Numbered from the stretch's first letter, positions 28,970 to 37,595 are shown. The stretch is DNA of 64,000 bases from Methylococcaceae bacterium (GCA_044351045.1 JBILGM010000001.1:7314-71313); one strand, 5' to 3'. The notes: generated by a model from the letters alone, not told the origin. Numbers and translations are program-made.

Positions 28970-30355
28970 GTGGAGCATAGGGCTTTGATGCCTGCCCCGC
29001 TGGCTGCGGGACAGTCGGTCTGGTGGACCCCACCCGCTGAGGCAGGCGACAACCCGGACGTGCCGGAGTGGTTGCTCGCCTATGCGGCGGGTTGCCCTGT
29101 GGTGACGGCCCCGGCATCGGCACGATCAGCCCATGATCGCTTTGTCTGGGTGGTGGTCGATCAGGCACTCGATTCTGACTGGGTGCTGAATGGCCTGGCT
29201 GATCTGGCTGAGCCACTCGAGGATGAGGGATGGCTCTGGATTCGGTTGTTTCCAGTGGCGGCCCATGAGCGGGCGGGTAAGCCGCGGTGGCAGTGGCTGG
29301 TGGACCTGGCTTGCCGGCAAGGCTACGAGTACGCCGGCCAGCAGCCTATTCACTCGTTAGGCGATTATCTTGTCTTCAAAAAGTCGGCCAGTCTGATTCA
29401 TCGCTGGCGACTTCGCTGCCCCACTCGGCAAGATGAGGCGGGTTGTCATGCTCTTTTCCTGCGGGCCTTTAACCACCCTATCAGCCCCGCATTATGGCGC
29501 TGGAAGTATGGCTCTGGACGGGGTCGCGCTACGATGGCGATGCGCGGTGAGCAGGTGATTGCCAATTATGGCTGTGTGACCCGGCGGATATGGCTGCGGG
29601 GTCGAGAAACCCGGGCATTGCAGATTTGCGATGTGATGGTGGATCCGTCAGAGCGGGCCATCATGACCCGGACCGGAGCGTTTTTTCAGGTGGCCAAGGC
29701 GGCCCAGGAGGCGTTCATCGGTTTTGGAGCTGACCATGAGTTAGGTTACGGTTTCCCCAATCAGCGGCATATGCAGCTAGCTGAAAAGATGGGCTTGTAT
29801 GATGAGGTTGAGCGACTGGTCGAATTGGAGTGGCCAACCGCGGTGCATCAGCGCCATGCATGGACTACCACGGCGCAGCTGGGTGCTGGCCAGGTAGACA
29901 AACGCTCGCTGGCGAGGGTGTGGGAGAGGATGCGACGTCGGATGAAAGATCACATCCTTGTGGCTCGTGATCCGGACTATTGGCAGTACCGCTATGCGGA
30001 GCACCCGGAGCAGGATTATGCGATGTTGTCGGTGAGTCAGCGGCTGACCGGTCGGCTCATGGGGGTTGCGGTGTTGCGACGCGAAGCGGAGGAATGCAAA
30101 CTGCTGGATGTTCTGGCAGAGCCTGGACACATGGGCTTGCTGGTTTCTCACGCCAGACGGCAGGCGGCCAAATGGGGCCTGCCGGTGTTAAAGGCCTGGG
30201 TGACCGACCATTGCGCCCAGTGGCTGGCAGGCCCTGATGCCATCCGTCGTCCTACGGATATCGTCATTCCTCTGAATATCCATGCCCCATTACACCGGAC
30301 AGAAGAGGTGAGGGGTCGCTGGTTTCTGATGATGGGGGATACGGATTTTTTGTAG
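28970..30355 (+). CDS. Two-domain hypothetical protein; the C-terminal half is GNAT/acyl-transferase-like
   Basis: 461 aa. It starts (GTG 28970 or ATG 28988) 2 nt after the wzt stop. The segment ALWRWKYGSGRG...VIANYGCV...LQICDVMVDPSER resembles GNAT-fold acyltransferases. The N-terminal roughly 130 aa are unassigned. Confidence 0.45.
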   Translation: MEHRALMPAPLAAGQSVWWTPPAEAGDNPDVPEWLLAYAAGCPVVTAPASARSAHDRFVWVVVDQALDSDWVLNGLADLAEPLEDEGWLWIRLFPVAAHERAGKPRWQWLVDLACRQGYEYAGQQPIHSLGDYLVFKKSASLIHRWRLRCPTRQDEAGCHALFLRAFNHPISPALWRWKYGSGRGRATMAMRGEQVIANYGCVTRRIWLRGRETRALQICDVMVDPSERAIMTRTGAFFQVAKAAQEAFIGFGADHELGYGFPNQRHMQLAEKMGLYDEVERLVELEWPTAVHQRHAWTTTAQLGAGQVDKRSLARVWERMRRRMKDHILVARDPDYWQYRYAEHPEQDYAMLSVSQRLTGRLMGVAVLRREAEECKLLDVLAEPGHMGLLVSHARRQAAKWGLPVLKAWVTDHCAQWLAGPDAIRRPTDIVIPLNIHAPLHRTEEVRGRWFLMMGDTDFL

Positions 30356-30424
30356 GGGTTGAAAGGGTGTTCTGCTCTGTTTGCTTTGAATACCGTTGTG
30401 CTTGGGGTTGCGGTTGGGGGCTTG

Positions 30425-30918
30425 GGGTCAGGCTTTGGTTTTTGTGCCAGTCGCCTGAGGTCCTTCGTTTCACTCAGGACGACACAGTGATTTGTGTCAT
30501 CCTGAAGCCGTGATAACGGCTGAAGGATCTTAGGACAGGGGCACTGAGCAGGTGGCTTGGGTCAGGGTTGGGGCTTTTGTGCTGGCCGCCTGAGGTCCTT
30601 CGTTTCACTCAGGACGGCAGGGTGATGGGTGTCATCCTGAAGCCGTGATAACGGCTGGGATCTTAGGACAGGGGCGCTGAGCAGGTGGCTTGCGGCCAGG
30701 GTGGGTGTTTGGTGCCGGTAGCCTGAGGTCCTTCGTTGCACTCAGGACGACACACAGATGGGTGTCATCCTGAAGCCGTGATAATGGCTGAAGGATCTTA
30801 GGACAGGGGCGCTGAGCAGGTGGCTTGCGGTCGGGCTTGGGTTTTGTGCCAGTCGCCTGAGGTCCTTCGTTGCGCTCAGGACGTCACAGGGGGTGATGAG
30901 TGAAACGAAGGACCTAAG
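30425..30918 (+). repeat. Hairpin-module repeat array R6: about 3.5 tandem units of roughly 134 bp
   Basis: GGTCCTTCGTT (reverse-M2) begins at 30459, 30594, 30727 and 30861. Each is followed by M3 (GTGTCATCCTGAAGCCGTGATAACGGCTGAAGGATCTTAGG). The array ends with a direct-form partial M2 (GAGTGAAACGAAGGACCTAAG, 30898-30918). Confidence 0.95.
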
Positions 30919-30942
30919 CCTGAAAACACGGCCTGCGTTGCA

Positions 30943-32259
30943 ATGGTTACCTCTCGAAACATTGGCAGATCACTGACCGGGACTCATCGAATGCACGATC
31001 ATCGTTTGGCTATCACTGATCCTCGGGTTGTGCTCAGCCAGATGACTTTTGTCATTGTCGGCATCAATCTGGTGGCGGGTATGAGCTCAATTCCCTCTGT
31101 GGGCTGGATGTTCATGCATCACCCGGATGATTTTCGGGATTACACCTGGACTGCAATTTTTGACTTTCTGTGGGGTTTGCGCACGGGTATCCCCCCGTTT
31201 TTGGCGGGGCTCGAGCTGGTGTTAGTCAAGTTGACGGGTTCGGCTCACTGGGTGACGGTTTATGGCTATCAGGTGGCATTGATCAGTGTCTATCTCCTGG
31301 CTATGCAACTTGCCAGGGCTACGTCTTGGCGCTACGGGCTGTCGGTGTTGGCGAGTGGGGTTTTTTTTTACACGACGGTACTGGTCCATCCGGCCGTGCC
31401 GGCAAGCTACGATCTGTTTTTTCCTGCTTTTTTTCTTCTGTTTGTCACGCTTTTGCAGTGGGCCATTGCCAGGGCGGAGGGTTGCTGGGCGATGGCTGCG
31501 GCAGTTCTGAGCGGCTTCTTTCTCGCCATGACGGAGCTCAGCCGGCCTTTTGTGATTTACTGGCTGCCGATGTTGCTGTTTATCACAGGGCGAATGGTGG
31601 GCCGGAATCGGGGGGTCTGGTTGGGGTTTATGGCTCCGATTGTCTTGATTTCCGGGCTATGGCATGTGCATTTGTATCTGGATTTCAGGCAACTGACGTT
31701 TACCAACCATACGGGGGCGAATTTGGCGCGGGGCTGGCCCCAGGTGGAGCATGCCGCTCCCATTGACGAGACGTCGGGAGTTGCGGTGCGGCCGGGGCGA
31801 TGGTTTGACCGTAATACGGAGGTCCACACGCAAAATAGTCGAATGCTGGAAAGGGCGGTATTCCGGTATTGGCTGGACAACCCTTGGGCTAGTGTCCGGC
31901 ATCTGGCATACCGACTTAGCGAACTGTTGTCAGCGAAGACACGGTTGTACAGCCATGATCCCCAGTCCTGGGTGCTATGGATCTATCGGCCCATGGTTTG
32001 GTTGACGGTCGGAATTTTATTGGGAGCGGTCCTTTTCTGGGGGCGCGAGGCTTTTGGTCGAGGAAATGGGATTGATTGGCCGGCGAGCGGTGGCGACATC
32101 ATCGTAACGGGGTTCACACTTTACTGCCTGCTTGTCCTGGCGATTGGCGAGGCAGGGGAAGAGGCGCGCTTGCTGATTTCTGTGTTGCCGATGTTGGCGG
32201 TGTGTCCTCTGCCCAACGGACGATTATTGATGGCGTTCAAAAAAACCTGTTCCCCTTAA
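30943..32259 (+). CDS. Polytopic membrane protein, possibly a GT-C-type (ArnT/PMT-like) glycosyltransferase (start uncertain; alternative 30991)
   Basis: 438 aa with at least 10 hydrophobic helices and a soluble loop. The assignment rests only on topology and gene context. Confidence 0.4.
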   Translation: MVTSRNIGRSLTGTHRMHDHRLAITDPRVVLSQMTFVIVGINLVAGMSSIPSVGWMFMHHPDDFRDYTWTAIFDFLWGLRTGIPPFLAGLELVLVKLTGSAHWVTVYGYQVALISVYLLAMQLARATSWRYGLSVLASGVFFYTTVLVHPAVPASYDLFFPAFFLLFVTLLQWAIARAEGCWAMAAAVLSGFFLAMTELSRPFVIYWLPMLLFITGRMVGRNRGVWLGFMAPIVLISGLWHVHLYLDFRQLTFTNHTGANLARGWPQVEHAAPIDETSGVAVRPGRWFDRNTEVHTQNSRMLERAVFRYWLDNPWASVRHLAYRLSELLSAKTRLYSHDPQSWVLWIYRPMVWLTVGILLGAVLFWGREAFGRGNGIDWPASGGDIIVTGFTLYCLLVLAIGEAGEEARLLISVLPMLAVCPLPNGRLLMAFKKTCSP

Positions 32260-32281
32260 TCAGCATCGTGAGATTGAGTGA

Positions 32282-33178
32282 GTGGATGATCTGAAGCATT
32301 TTCTGGTAAGCGGCTCAATGACGCTGGAGGAGCATGTGATGATTGTCTGGCAGTATTGGCTGGATAATCATGAGGGTATTCTGGCCAAGCTCAGGGTTTA
32401 TGGGCTTATCCCTTTAATTCTTCTGTTGGAGCGGGTTTTTCCGACCCGCCCCCTAAAATTGCTCCCCAGGGGCTGGTTGAGTGATCTTTTTCATACTTAT
32501 GAGCCCTGGATGCGTGCGGCGGTCGTTTCCTGGTTGGCGGTGACCCTTTCGCCGTGGTTGCCAGAGGGATATCCAAAGGGGTTGGCGGCCGGGTTTCCGC
32601 TCTGGGCAGGCTTTATGCTGGCGTTATTGGTATCGGAAGTGGGCTTTTATTTTATTCACCGGGCAACGCATGCTTTTTCATGGCTTTGGAATTTTCATCG
32701 TGTGCATCATAGTTCAGTTGAGTATTACTCCTTGATGACCAGTCGATTTCATGTATTCGATCTAGCGCTTTTTGAGGTGCCCAGCATCATTCTATTTGCC
32801 TGGTTGGCCATCCCGGCCGAAACACTCTCTTACTTTGTCTTGTTTCGTGGCTTCATGGACCGCTATGGGCATAGTAATATCAATGGCCCACGATTTACCG
32901 GTTATTTTATTGGCTCACCCCACTTTCATGCATGGCATCACTCGCGAGCGCCAGAGGCCTTGAATAAGAATTTTGGGCGAGATACCGTGTTTATGGATTA
33001 TTTGTTTGGAACGGCTTATTACCCAAAGGACACGCGCGCAGATAGTTTTGGTGATCCTGAGTTTAGCAATAACTATCTGGTTCATCAGACGTTACCTTTT
33101 GTGAGTATATTTAAAAGATTAGGTGCTTTTGCCAGATCCTTGCGGGTGCGAGGCGCTGGTGAGCGCTGGGGGTCTTGA
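32282..33178 (+). CDS. Fatty acid hydroxylase / sterol desaturase family di-iron membrane enzyme
   Basis: Histidine boxes HRATH, HRVHH and HAWHH in a membrane protein, which is the FA_hydroxylase superfamily signature. Confidence 0.8.
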   Translation: MDDLKHFLVSGSMTLEEHVMIVWQYWLDNHEGILAKLRVYGLIPLILLLERVFPTRPLKLLPRGWLSDLFHTYEPWMRAAVVSWLAVTLSPWLPEGYPKGLAAGFPLWAGFMLALLVSEVGFYFIHRATHAFSWLWNFHRVHHSSVEYYSLMTSRFHVFDLALFEVPSIILFAWLAIPAETLSYFVLFRGFMDRYGHSNINGPRFTGYFIGSPHFHAWHHSRAPEALNKNFGRDTVFMDYLFGTAYYPKDTRADSFGDPEFSNNYLVHQTLPFVSIFKRLGAFARSLRVRGAGERWGS

Positions 33179-33220
33179 GGCGTGTGGAATTTGGCCAAGC
33201 CAATTTTTTCGGAGCGATGA

Positions 33221-34180
33221 GTGCGCATGACGGTTCGATCAGGCTCTGACGGTTTCGAGCCGGTTTTTATAGGCAGTTTTCGTAGTGGCACTACATTGCT
33301 GGTCAACTTGCTGGGTTTGCATCCCGAGTTGCAGCCCTGGTTCGAGACCAAGGCCTTATGCGAGCCGCTGCGATGGTTGCGTGTGTTGCGTTTGCCAGAT
33401 CAGGCGTTGGTGGAGAGCGAGCTGGTGAAGCCCCGGGATGTCCCGGGATTCAACCCGGAAGCGGTGGGCCGGCGCATGGTCAGGGACTTCAGGGAGACAG
33501 CGGACCGCATCCAGGGCCTGATCCCGAGCGGCAAGGCGGTGGGAGAGCGGTATCCTCTGGGGCATGATGTGGCTCGATATCGTGTCGAAGAGGCGGTAGC
33601 CGAGGTGCAGCGGTGGGTCGATCGGGTGGAGGCGGATTCGAGCTATGTCGCGATAGCCCGTGTGACGGGCGAGTTGATCTCTCGTCTGGGGGCCCTACAG
33701 ATTGCGGGTAGCGGGAAAGCCCGATGGATCAACAAGACTCCCGAAATTACTCGTTTTGGGCCAGAGCTTCGCGATTGCCTTGGACCTTGCAAAATCATCA
33801 TGATGATTCGAGACGGACATCAGGTGGTCAGGTCTGCAGAAAAATTGGGCTGGGCCAAGGCCGCCGAAATAGCACTGTGGTGGAAAGCCATGATCATGGA
33901 GGCGCGGGCCGGTGCCGAGTTGGATCCGTTGCGGTATTTTGAACTGCGGTATGAGTCGCTGGTGGATAACCCGGCGGTCGAACTCGATCGTGTTCTTGCT
34001 TTTCTTGGAGTGGAACCTTGCGGCGAGCACCTGGTGGCTGAATATTTGGGGGCGTTAGGCATCACACATCTGACCCGGGCAGCGGCAGAGCATGTTCCGA
34101 ATGATCGGGTATTCAATGGTTCCAGCGCCGATGCTGGTGGGCTCATTGATGAAAACTTCAATCATTCCCTTGGGTACTGA
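33221..34180 (+). CDS. PAPS-dependent sulfotransferase family protein
   Basis: 5'-PSB loop FIGSFRSGTTLLVNLLGLHP and a 3'-PB-like motif MIRDGHQVVRS, as in bacterial Sulfotransfer_1/3 proteins. Confidence 0.75.
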   Translation: MRMTVRSGSDGFEPVFIGSFRSGTTLLVNLLGLHPELQPWFETKALCEPLRWLRVLRLPDQALVESELVKPRDVPGFNPEAVGRRMVRDFRETADRIQGLIPSGKAVGERYPLGHDVARYRVEEAVAEVQRWVDRVEADSSYVAIARVTGELISRLGALQIAGSGKARWINKTPEITRFGPELRDCLGPCKIIMMIRDGHQVVRSAEKLGWAKAAEIALWWKAMIMEARAGAELDPLRYFELRYESLVDNPAVELDRVLAFLGVEPCGEHLVAEYLGALGITHLTRAAAEHVPNDRVFNGSSADAGGLIDENFNHSLGY

Positions 34181-34232
34181 CCGGGTCGCTCGGTGTTCAG
34201 TTTCTTGCAGAATAAATCCGGGACGTAATTGA

Positions 34233-35288
34233 TTGTCGATCCGGTCGCCTGAATGGTCGATTGAGCTGCTGCGAGGCCTTGCGGCTTTCATGGTATTGGT
34301 TACGCATTATCATGCGTTGGCGGGCTGGCATATTCCGGCGCTCCAGTTTCTGCATGTTGGAGTGGATTTGTTCTTTGTCATCAGCGGCTATGTGTTTGCT
34401 CCCTATCTGTTTGGGAAGCCACTGAGGTTACGGCCTTTTTTTGTGCGGCGCTGGTTCCGGGTGTATCCCCTGTATCTGCTTGCCGTGGTTATGTATGCCT
34501 GTCTGCGCCCTTGGGATGCCATGATGGGTGGCAATATCCTGAAACATCTGTTGTTTTTGCATACCCTGGAGTCCAGAGAAGTGGCCTTTTCACTCAATCC
34601 GGCCTTCTGGAGTTTACCGCCTGAGGTTGAGTTTTATCTGTTATTACCTGTTCTGGCGCCGCTGGTGGCATCCAGTATTCATCGGTTGATCGCCTTGTTG
34701 GCGGTCACGGTTGCCCTTCGACTGTTTGTCTTTATGCCTGGCCTGGCATTTGATGGAGCCTGGGTTCTCGGTGGCATGCGTTACCACCTTCCCGGATTGT
34801 TATCTGAGTTTATGCTGGGGGGGTGGGCGTGGTGGTGGTCTGCTGCGCGTCCTTCCGCGAGGTGGCGAGCAGGATTATTCTTTTTGGGCCTGTTAATGCT
34901 GGGTGTTCTGGCTTTTTGCTTCGGCTTGTATCATGGACAGGTTGAGGTCTCTGGACAGGCTCAAGCCCCGGCCTGGCTTGGCAACTATCTTGGCCTGATG
35001 TCAGCGGGGGCCTTTGCATTGATGGTGGCGGGTGTTGGCCACTGGGTTGCGCCATCAATCGATGGCGTTAAAGGGTTGGTGCTTGGGTTTGGAGAGTTAA
35101 GTTATGGGGTTTACCTGTTTCATAATGCTGCCCCCTTGATCATGGAATATGCCGGCTGGAGTCCCGGTAGTTTGAAATTTGTGACGCTTTGTCTGTTGTT
35201 GACGCTGTTGATTTCGACGCTGTTTCATGTTGGCCTGGAGGCACCCTTTAGGCGTTTTGGTCGTGATGTTGCCATGCGGTGGTCTTGA
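34233..35288 (+). CDS. Acyltransferase family 3 (membrane O-acyl/acetyltransferase)
   Basis: IELLRGLAAFMVLVTH...GVDLFFVISGYV is the Acyl_transf_3 signature, and the protein has about 10 TM helices. The start codon appears to be TTG. Confidence 0.8.
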   Translation: MSIRSPEWSIELLRGLAAFMVLVTHYHALAGWHIPALQFLHVGVDLFFVISGYVFAPYLFGKPLRLRPFFVRRWFRVYPLYLLAVVMYACLRPWDAMMGGNILKHLLFLHTLESREVAFSLNPAFWSLPPEVEFYLLLPVLAPLVASSIHRLIALLAVTVALRLFVFMPGLAFDGAWVLGGMRYHLPGLLSEFMLGGWAWWWSAARPSARWRAGLFFLGLLMLGVLAFCFGLYHGQVEVSGQAQAPAWLGNYLGLMSAGAFALMVAGVGHWVAPSIDGVKGLVLGFGELSYGVYLFHNAAPLIMEYAGWSPGSLKFVTLCLLLTLLISTLFHVGLEAPFRRFGRDVAMRWS

Positions 35289-35375
35289 TCGTTGGTCTGA
35301 TGGGCTGATCAGTCAGTGTCAAGAAGGGTTTGAAGTTTTTTAATGGCGGATTTTTCGCTTGATTTGGAGAGAGTG

Positions 35376-36293
35376 ATGGTCAAAAGTTCTTTTAGTGTTG
35401 GCGCTCTGGTTATATTTGCCCTGTGTCTTGTTCAGGTAATGTTTAACCCCGCGCAGTCTGCACCGCAGTTGCCTAATCAATCAGGCCTGAAGCCAGTGGT
35501 TGACGAAAATCAGGTGGCGATTAACGGAAGTGGTTTTAACGGCACCACCAGCGTGACGTTTGATGGGGTAGCGGTCGCGTTTATAGTGGTGAGCGATACT
35601 TTAATCACTGCTACGCGACCGTCAGGCATCAAGGACCAGGCAACGGTAGAGCTAAAGACGCCCGGGGGTATGGTTTCGTTTGTGTATGTCAGGCCGACTG
35701 AATCTCAGCAGGCAGAGGAGTCTCCCAAAGTTGAATTGGTATCGGTTGAGCCGGCGATGGGGCCTGCCTCTGGCGGGACTGTGCTTCGAATCAAGGGATC
35801 AGGCTTCAGGCAGCGGGGTAATTTGCGGGTCACCCTGGACGGGAATGATGCTACTTCTGTCTCTCGTGTTCGAGAGGATGAGTTGCTTGCTGTAACACCC
35901 GCTCATGAGGCAGGCGTGGTGAAACTGGCAGTGAAGACCCTCGATGGCAAGGAAGTTGTGCTGGACAGGGCATTTACTTTCATTGCGCCGCCCGCTCTGG
36001 CGACAGTGACTCCTTCGATAGCATCGACCGCCGGCGGAACGGCAATCCAGTTACAGGGGCAAGGGTTTTCCACTGCGGGCGAAGTCAAGGTGATGTTCGG
36101 TAATGCATCCGCGACTCAGGTCACTGTTAAAAGCGGCACCGAGATCATCGCCATTGCGCCACCCTATGGCTGGGGGCCTGTTGATTTGCAGGTCACCAAT
36201 GCTGATGGCCAATCTGCCCTTGTGAAAGCGGCCATAACTTATGTTGTTCCCCCATCCATTACGTCTGTGGGATCGGCCACTGGCCTGAAGTAA
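35376..36293 (+). CDS. Secreted protein with three to four IPT/TIG domains
   Basis: The ATG at 35376 has a GGAGAG SD and a signal peptide. Repeated units of about 80 aa carry GP.SGGT.L.I.G.GF (for example GPASGGTVLRIKGSGF and STAGGTAIQLQGQGF). Confidence 0.75.
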   Translation: MVKSSFSVGALVIFALCLVQVMFNPAQSAPQLPNQSGLKPVVDENQVAINGSGFNGTTSVTFDGVAVAFIVVSDTLITATRPSGIKDQATVELKTPGGMVSFVYVRPTESQQAEESPKVELVSVEPAMGPASGGTVLRIKGSGFRQRGNLRVTLDGNDATSVSRVREDELLAVTPAHEAGVVKLAVKTLDGKEVVLDRAFTFIAPPALATVTPSIASTAGGTAIQLQGQGFSTAGEVKVMFGNASATQVTVKSGTEIIAIAPPYGWGPVDLQVTNADGQSALVKAAITYVVPPSITSVGSATGLK

Positions 36294-36326
36294 TACAACC
36301 ATCTGGCGCGGCTGAGGTGCCCAGTT

Positions 36327-37307
36327 GTGATTGATTTCATTTGGTGGTGGGCTTGTTTTTTTCTTCCGTTGGCCTGGCTGGTTCGCCGTCTAATGCCGGC
36401 TGTCCCCGAGGCCAGTCAGGCGGGTTTGAGGGTCCCTTTTTCGATGGGTTCCTACGCGAAAGGGTGGGCTGAGTCCGCAGGGCTGGGTCGGTCCGCATTT
36501 TTCCCTTGGCTCGTTTGGTTGCTGTTGATTGCTGCGGCTACCCGCCCGGTATGGCAGGGCGAACCGATCGAGCAGGCGATGAGCGGGCGCGATCTGATGC
36601 TGGCGGTGGATCTGTCGGGCAGTATGGAGATCGCCGATTTTGTCTTGAGGGGCAGCAAGGTCGATCGCTTGACGGCGACCAAAGCCGTGGCGGGAGAATT
36701 CATCGAGCGGCGGGTCGGCGATCGGGTCGGCTTGGTCCTGTTTGGCGAACGCGCCTACCTGCAGGCCCCGCTGACCTTTGACCGCAAGACGGTGCGGACG
36801 CTGCTGGATGAGTCGGTCATCGGTCTGGCGGGTGACAAGACGGCGATTGGTGATGCCATCGGCCTGGCGGTGAAGCGACTGAAGGACAACCCAAAGGATC
36901 AGCGGGTGCTGATTTTGTTGAGCGATGGCGCCAATACCGCGGGGACGGTGGCGCCCTTGCAGGCCGCCGAGTTGGCTGCCAAGGAGGGACTGAAGGTCTA
37001 CACCATCGGCATTGGTGCGGATGAGATGGTAATCCGCGATTTGCTGGGTAGCCGCAAGGTGAACCCTTCGCAGGATCTGGATGAGCCAACCATGCGCGGA
37101 ATTGCCGAAAAGACCGGGGGTCGCTATTTTCGGGCGCGCGATGTGAAGGAGCTGGAAAACATCTACCAGATGCTGGACGACCTGGAGCCCGTCGAACGGG
37201 ATAAGCGCTATTACCGGCCGCAGACCGAACTATATCCTTGGCCGCTGGGGGCGGCGTTATTGCTGGCGGCTTTCCTCGTGATTTATCGGGAACGCTCGGT
37301 TGCTTGA
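36327..37307 (+). CDS. batA: vWA-domain membrane protein BatA
   Basis: N-terminal TM, MIDAS-type vWA motif (LAVDLSGSM ... LLSDGANTAG) and a C-terminal TM. This is the classic BatA architecture, and batB follows. Confidence 0.8.
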   Translation: MIDFIWWWACFFLPLAWLVRRLMPAVPEASQAGLRVPFSMGSYAKGWAESAGLGRSAFFPWLVWLLLIAAATRPVWQGEPIEQAMSGRDLMLAVDLSGSMEIADFVLRGSKVDRLTATKAVAGEFIERRVGDRVGLVLFGERAYLQAPLTFDRKTVRTLLDESVIGLAGDKTAIGDAIGLAVKRLKDNPKDQRVLILLSDGANTAGTVAPLQAAELAAKEGLKVYTIGIGADEMVIRDLLGSRKVNPSQDLDEPTMRGIAEKTGGRYFRARDVKELENIYQMLDDLEPVERDKRYYRPQTELYPWPLGAALLLAAFLVIYRERSVA

Positions 37308-37364
37308 TGTTGACCTCATGCATGACTATAGTCACGAATCTGGTCATATTTTGTGAGGTGCGCC

Positions 37365-37595
37365 ATGCATACTATTCAGGCCTCTGAATTCAAGGCTCGC
37401 TGTCTGGCTTTGATGGATAGCGTTGCAAGTACAGGCGAAGTTTGGGTGGTCACGAAAAATGGGCGGCCGGTTGCGGAATTAAGGCCATACTCTGGTGGCC
37501 GGGTCGATTCGCCCTTTGGCATGCATCGATCGGTCCAGATTTTAGGGGATATCATCTCCCCTATCGAGGATGCTGAGTGGAAGGCTCTGGATTGA
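37365..37595 (+). CDS. Phd/YefM-type antitoxin
   Basis: 76 aa. MHTIQASEFKARCLALMDSVASTGEVWVVTKNGRPVAELRP is typical of the Phd/prevent-host-death family. A GAGG SD lies upstream, and the 3' end overlaps the PIN gene. Confidence 0.8.
   Translation: MHTIQASEFKARCLALMDSVASTGEVWVVTKNGRPVAELRPYSGGRVDSPFGMHRSVQILGDIISPIEDAEWKALD

Noticed and set aside
16521-30918. Possibility that the CUGA...GAA-containing modules are hammerhead ribozymes or C/D-box-like K-turn RNAs
   Set aside because: The hammerhead core needs CUGANGA ... GAAA with a three-way junction and a UH cleavage site. The modules have CUGAGG, CUGAAC or CUGAGU and (U/C)GAAGG in a simple two-stem context. The C-box (RUGAUGA) is also absent. 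Only the possibility of tandem G-A pairs remains.
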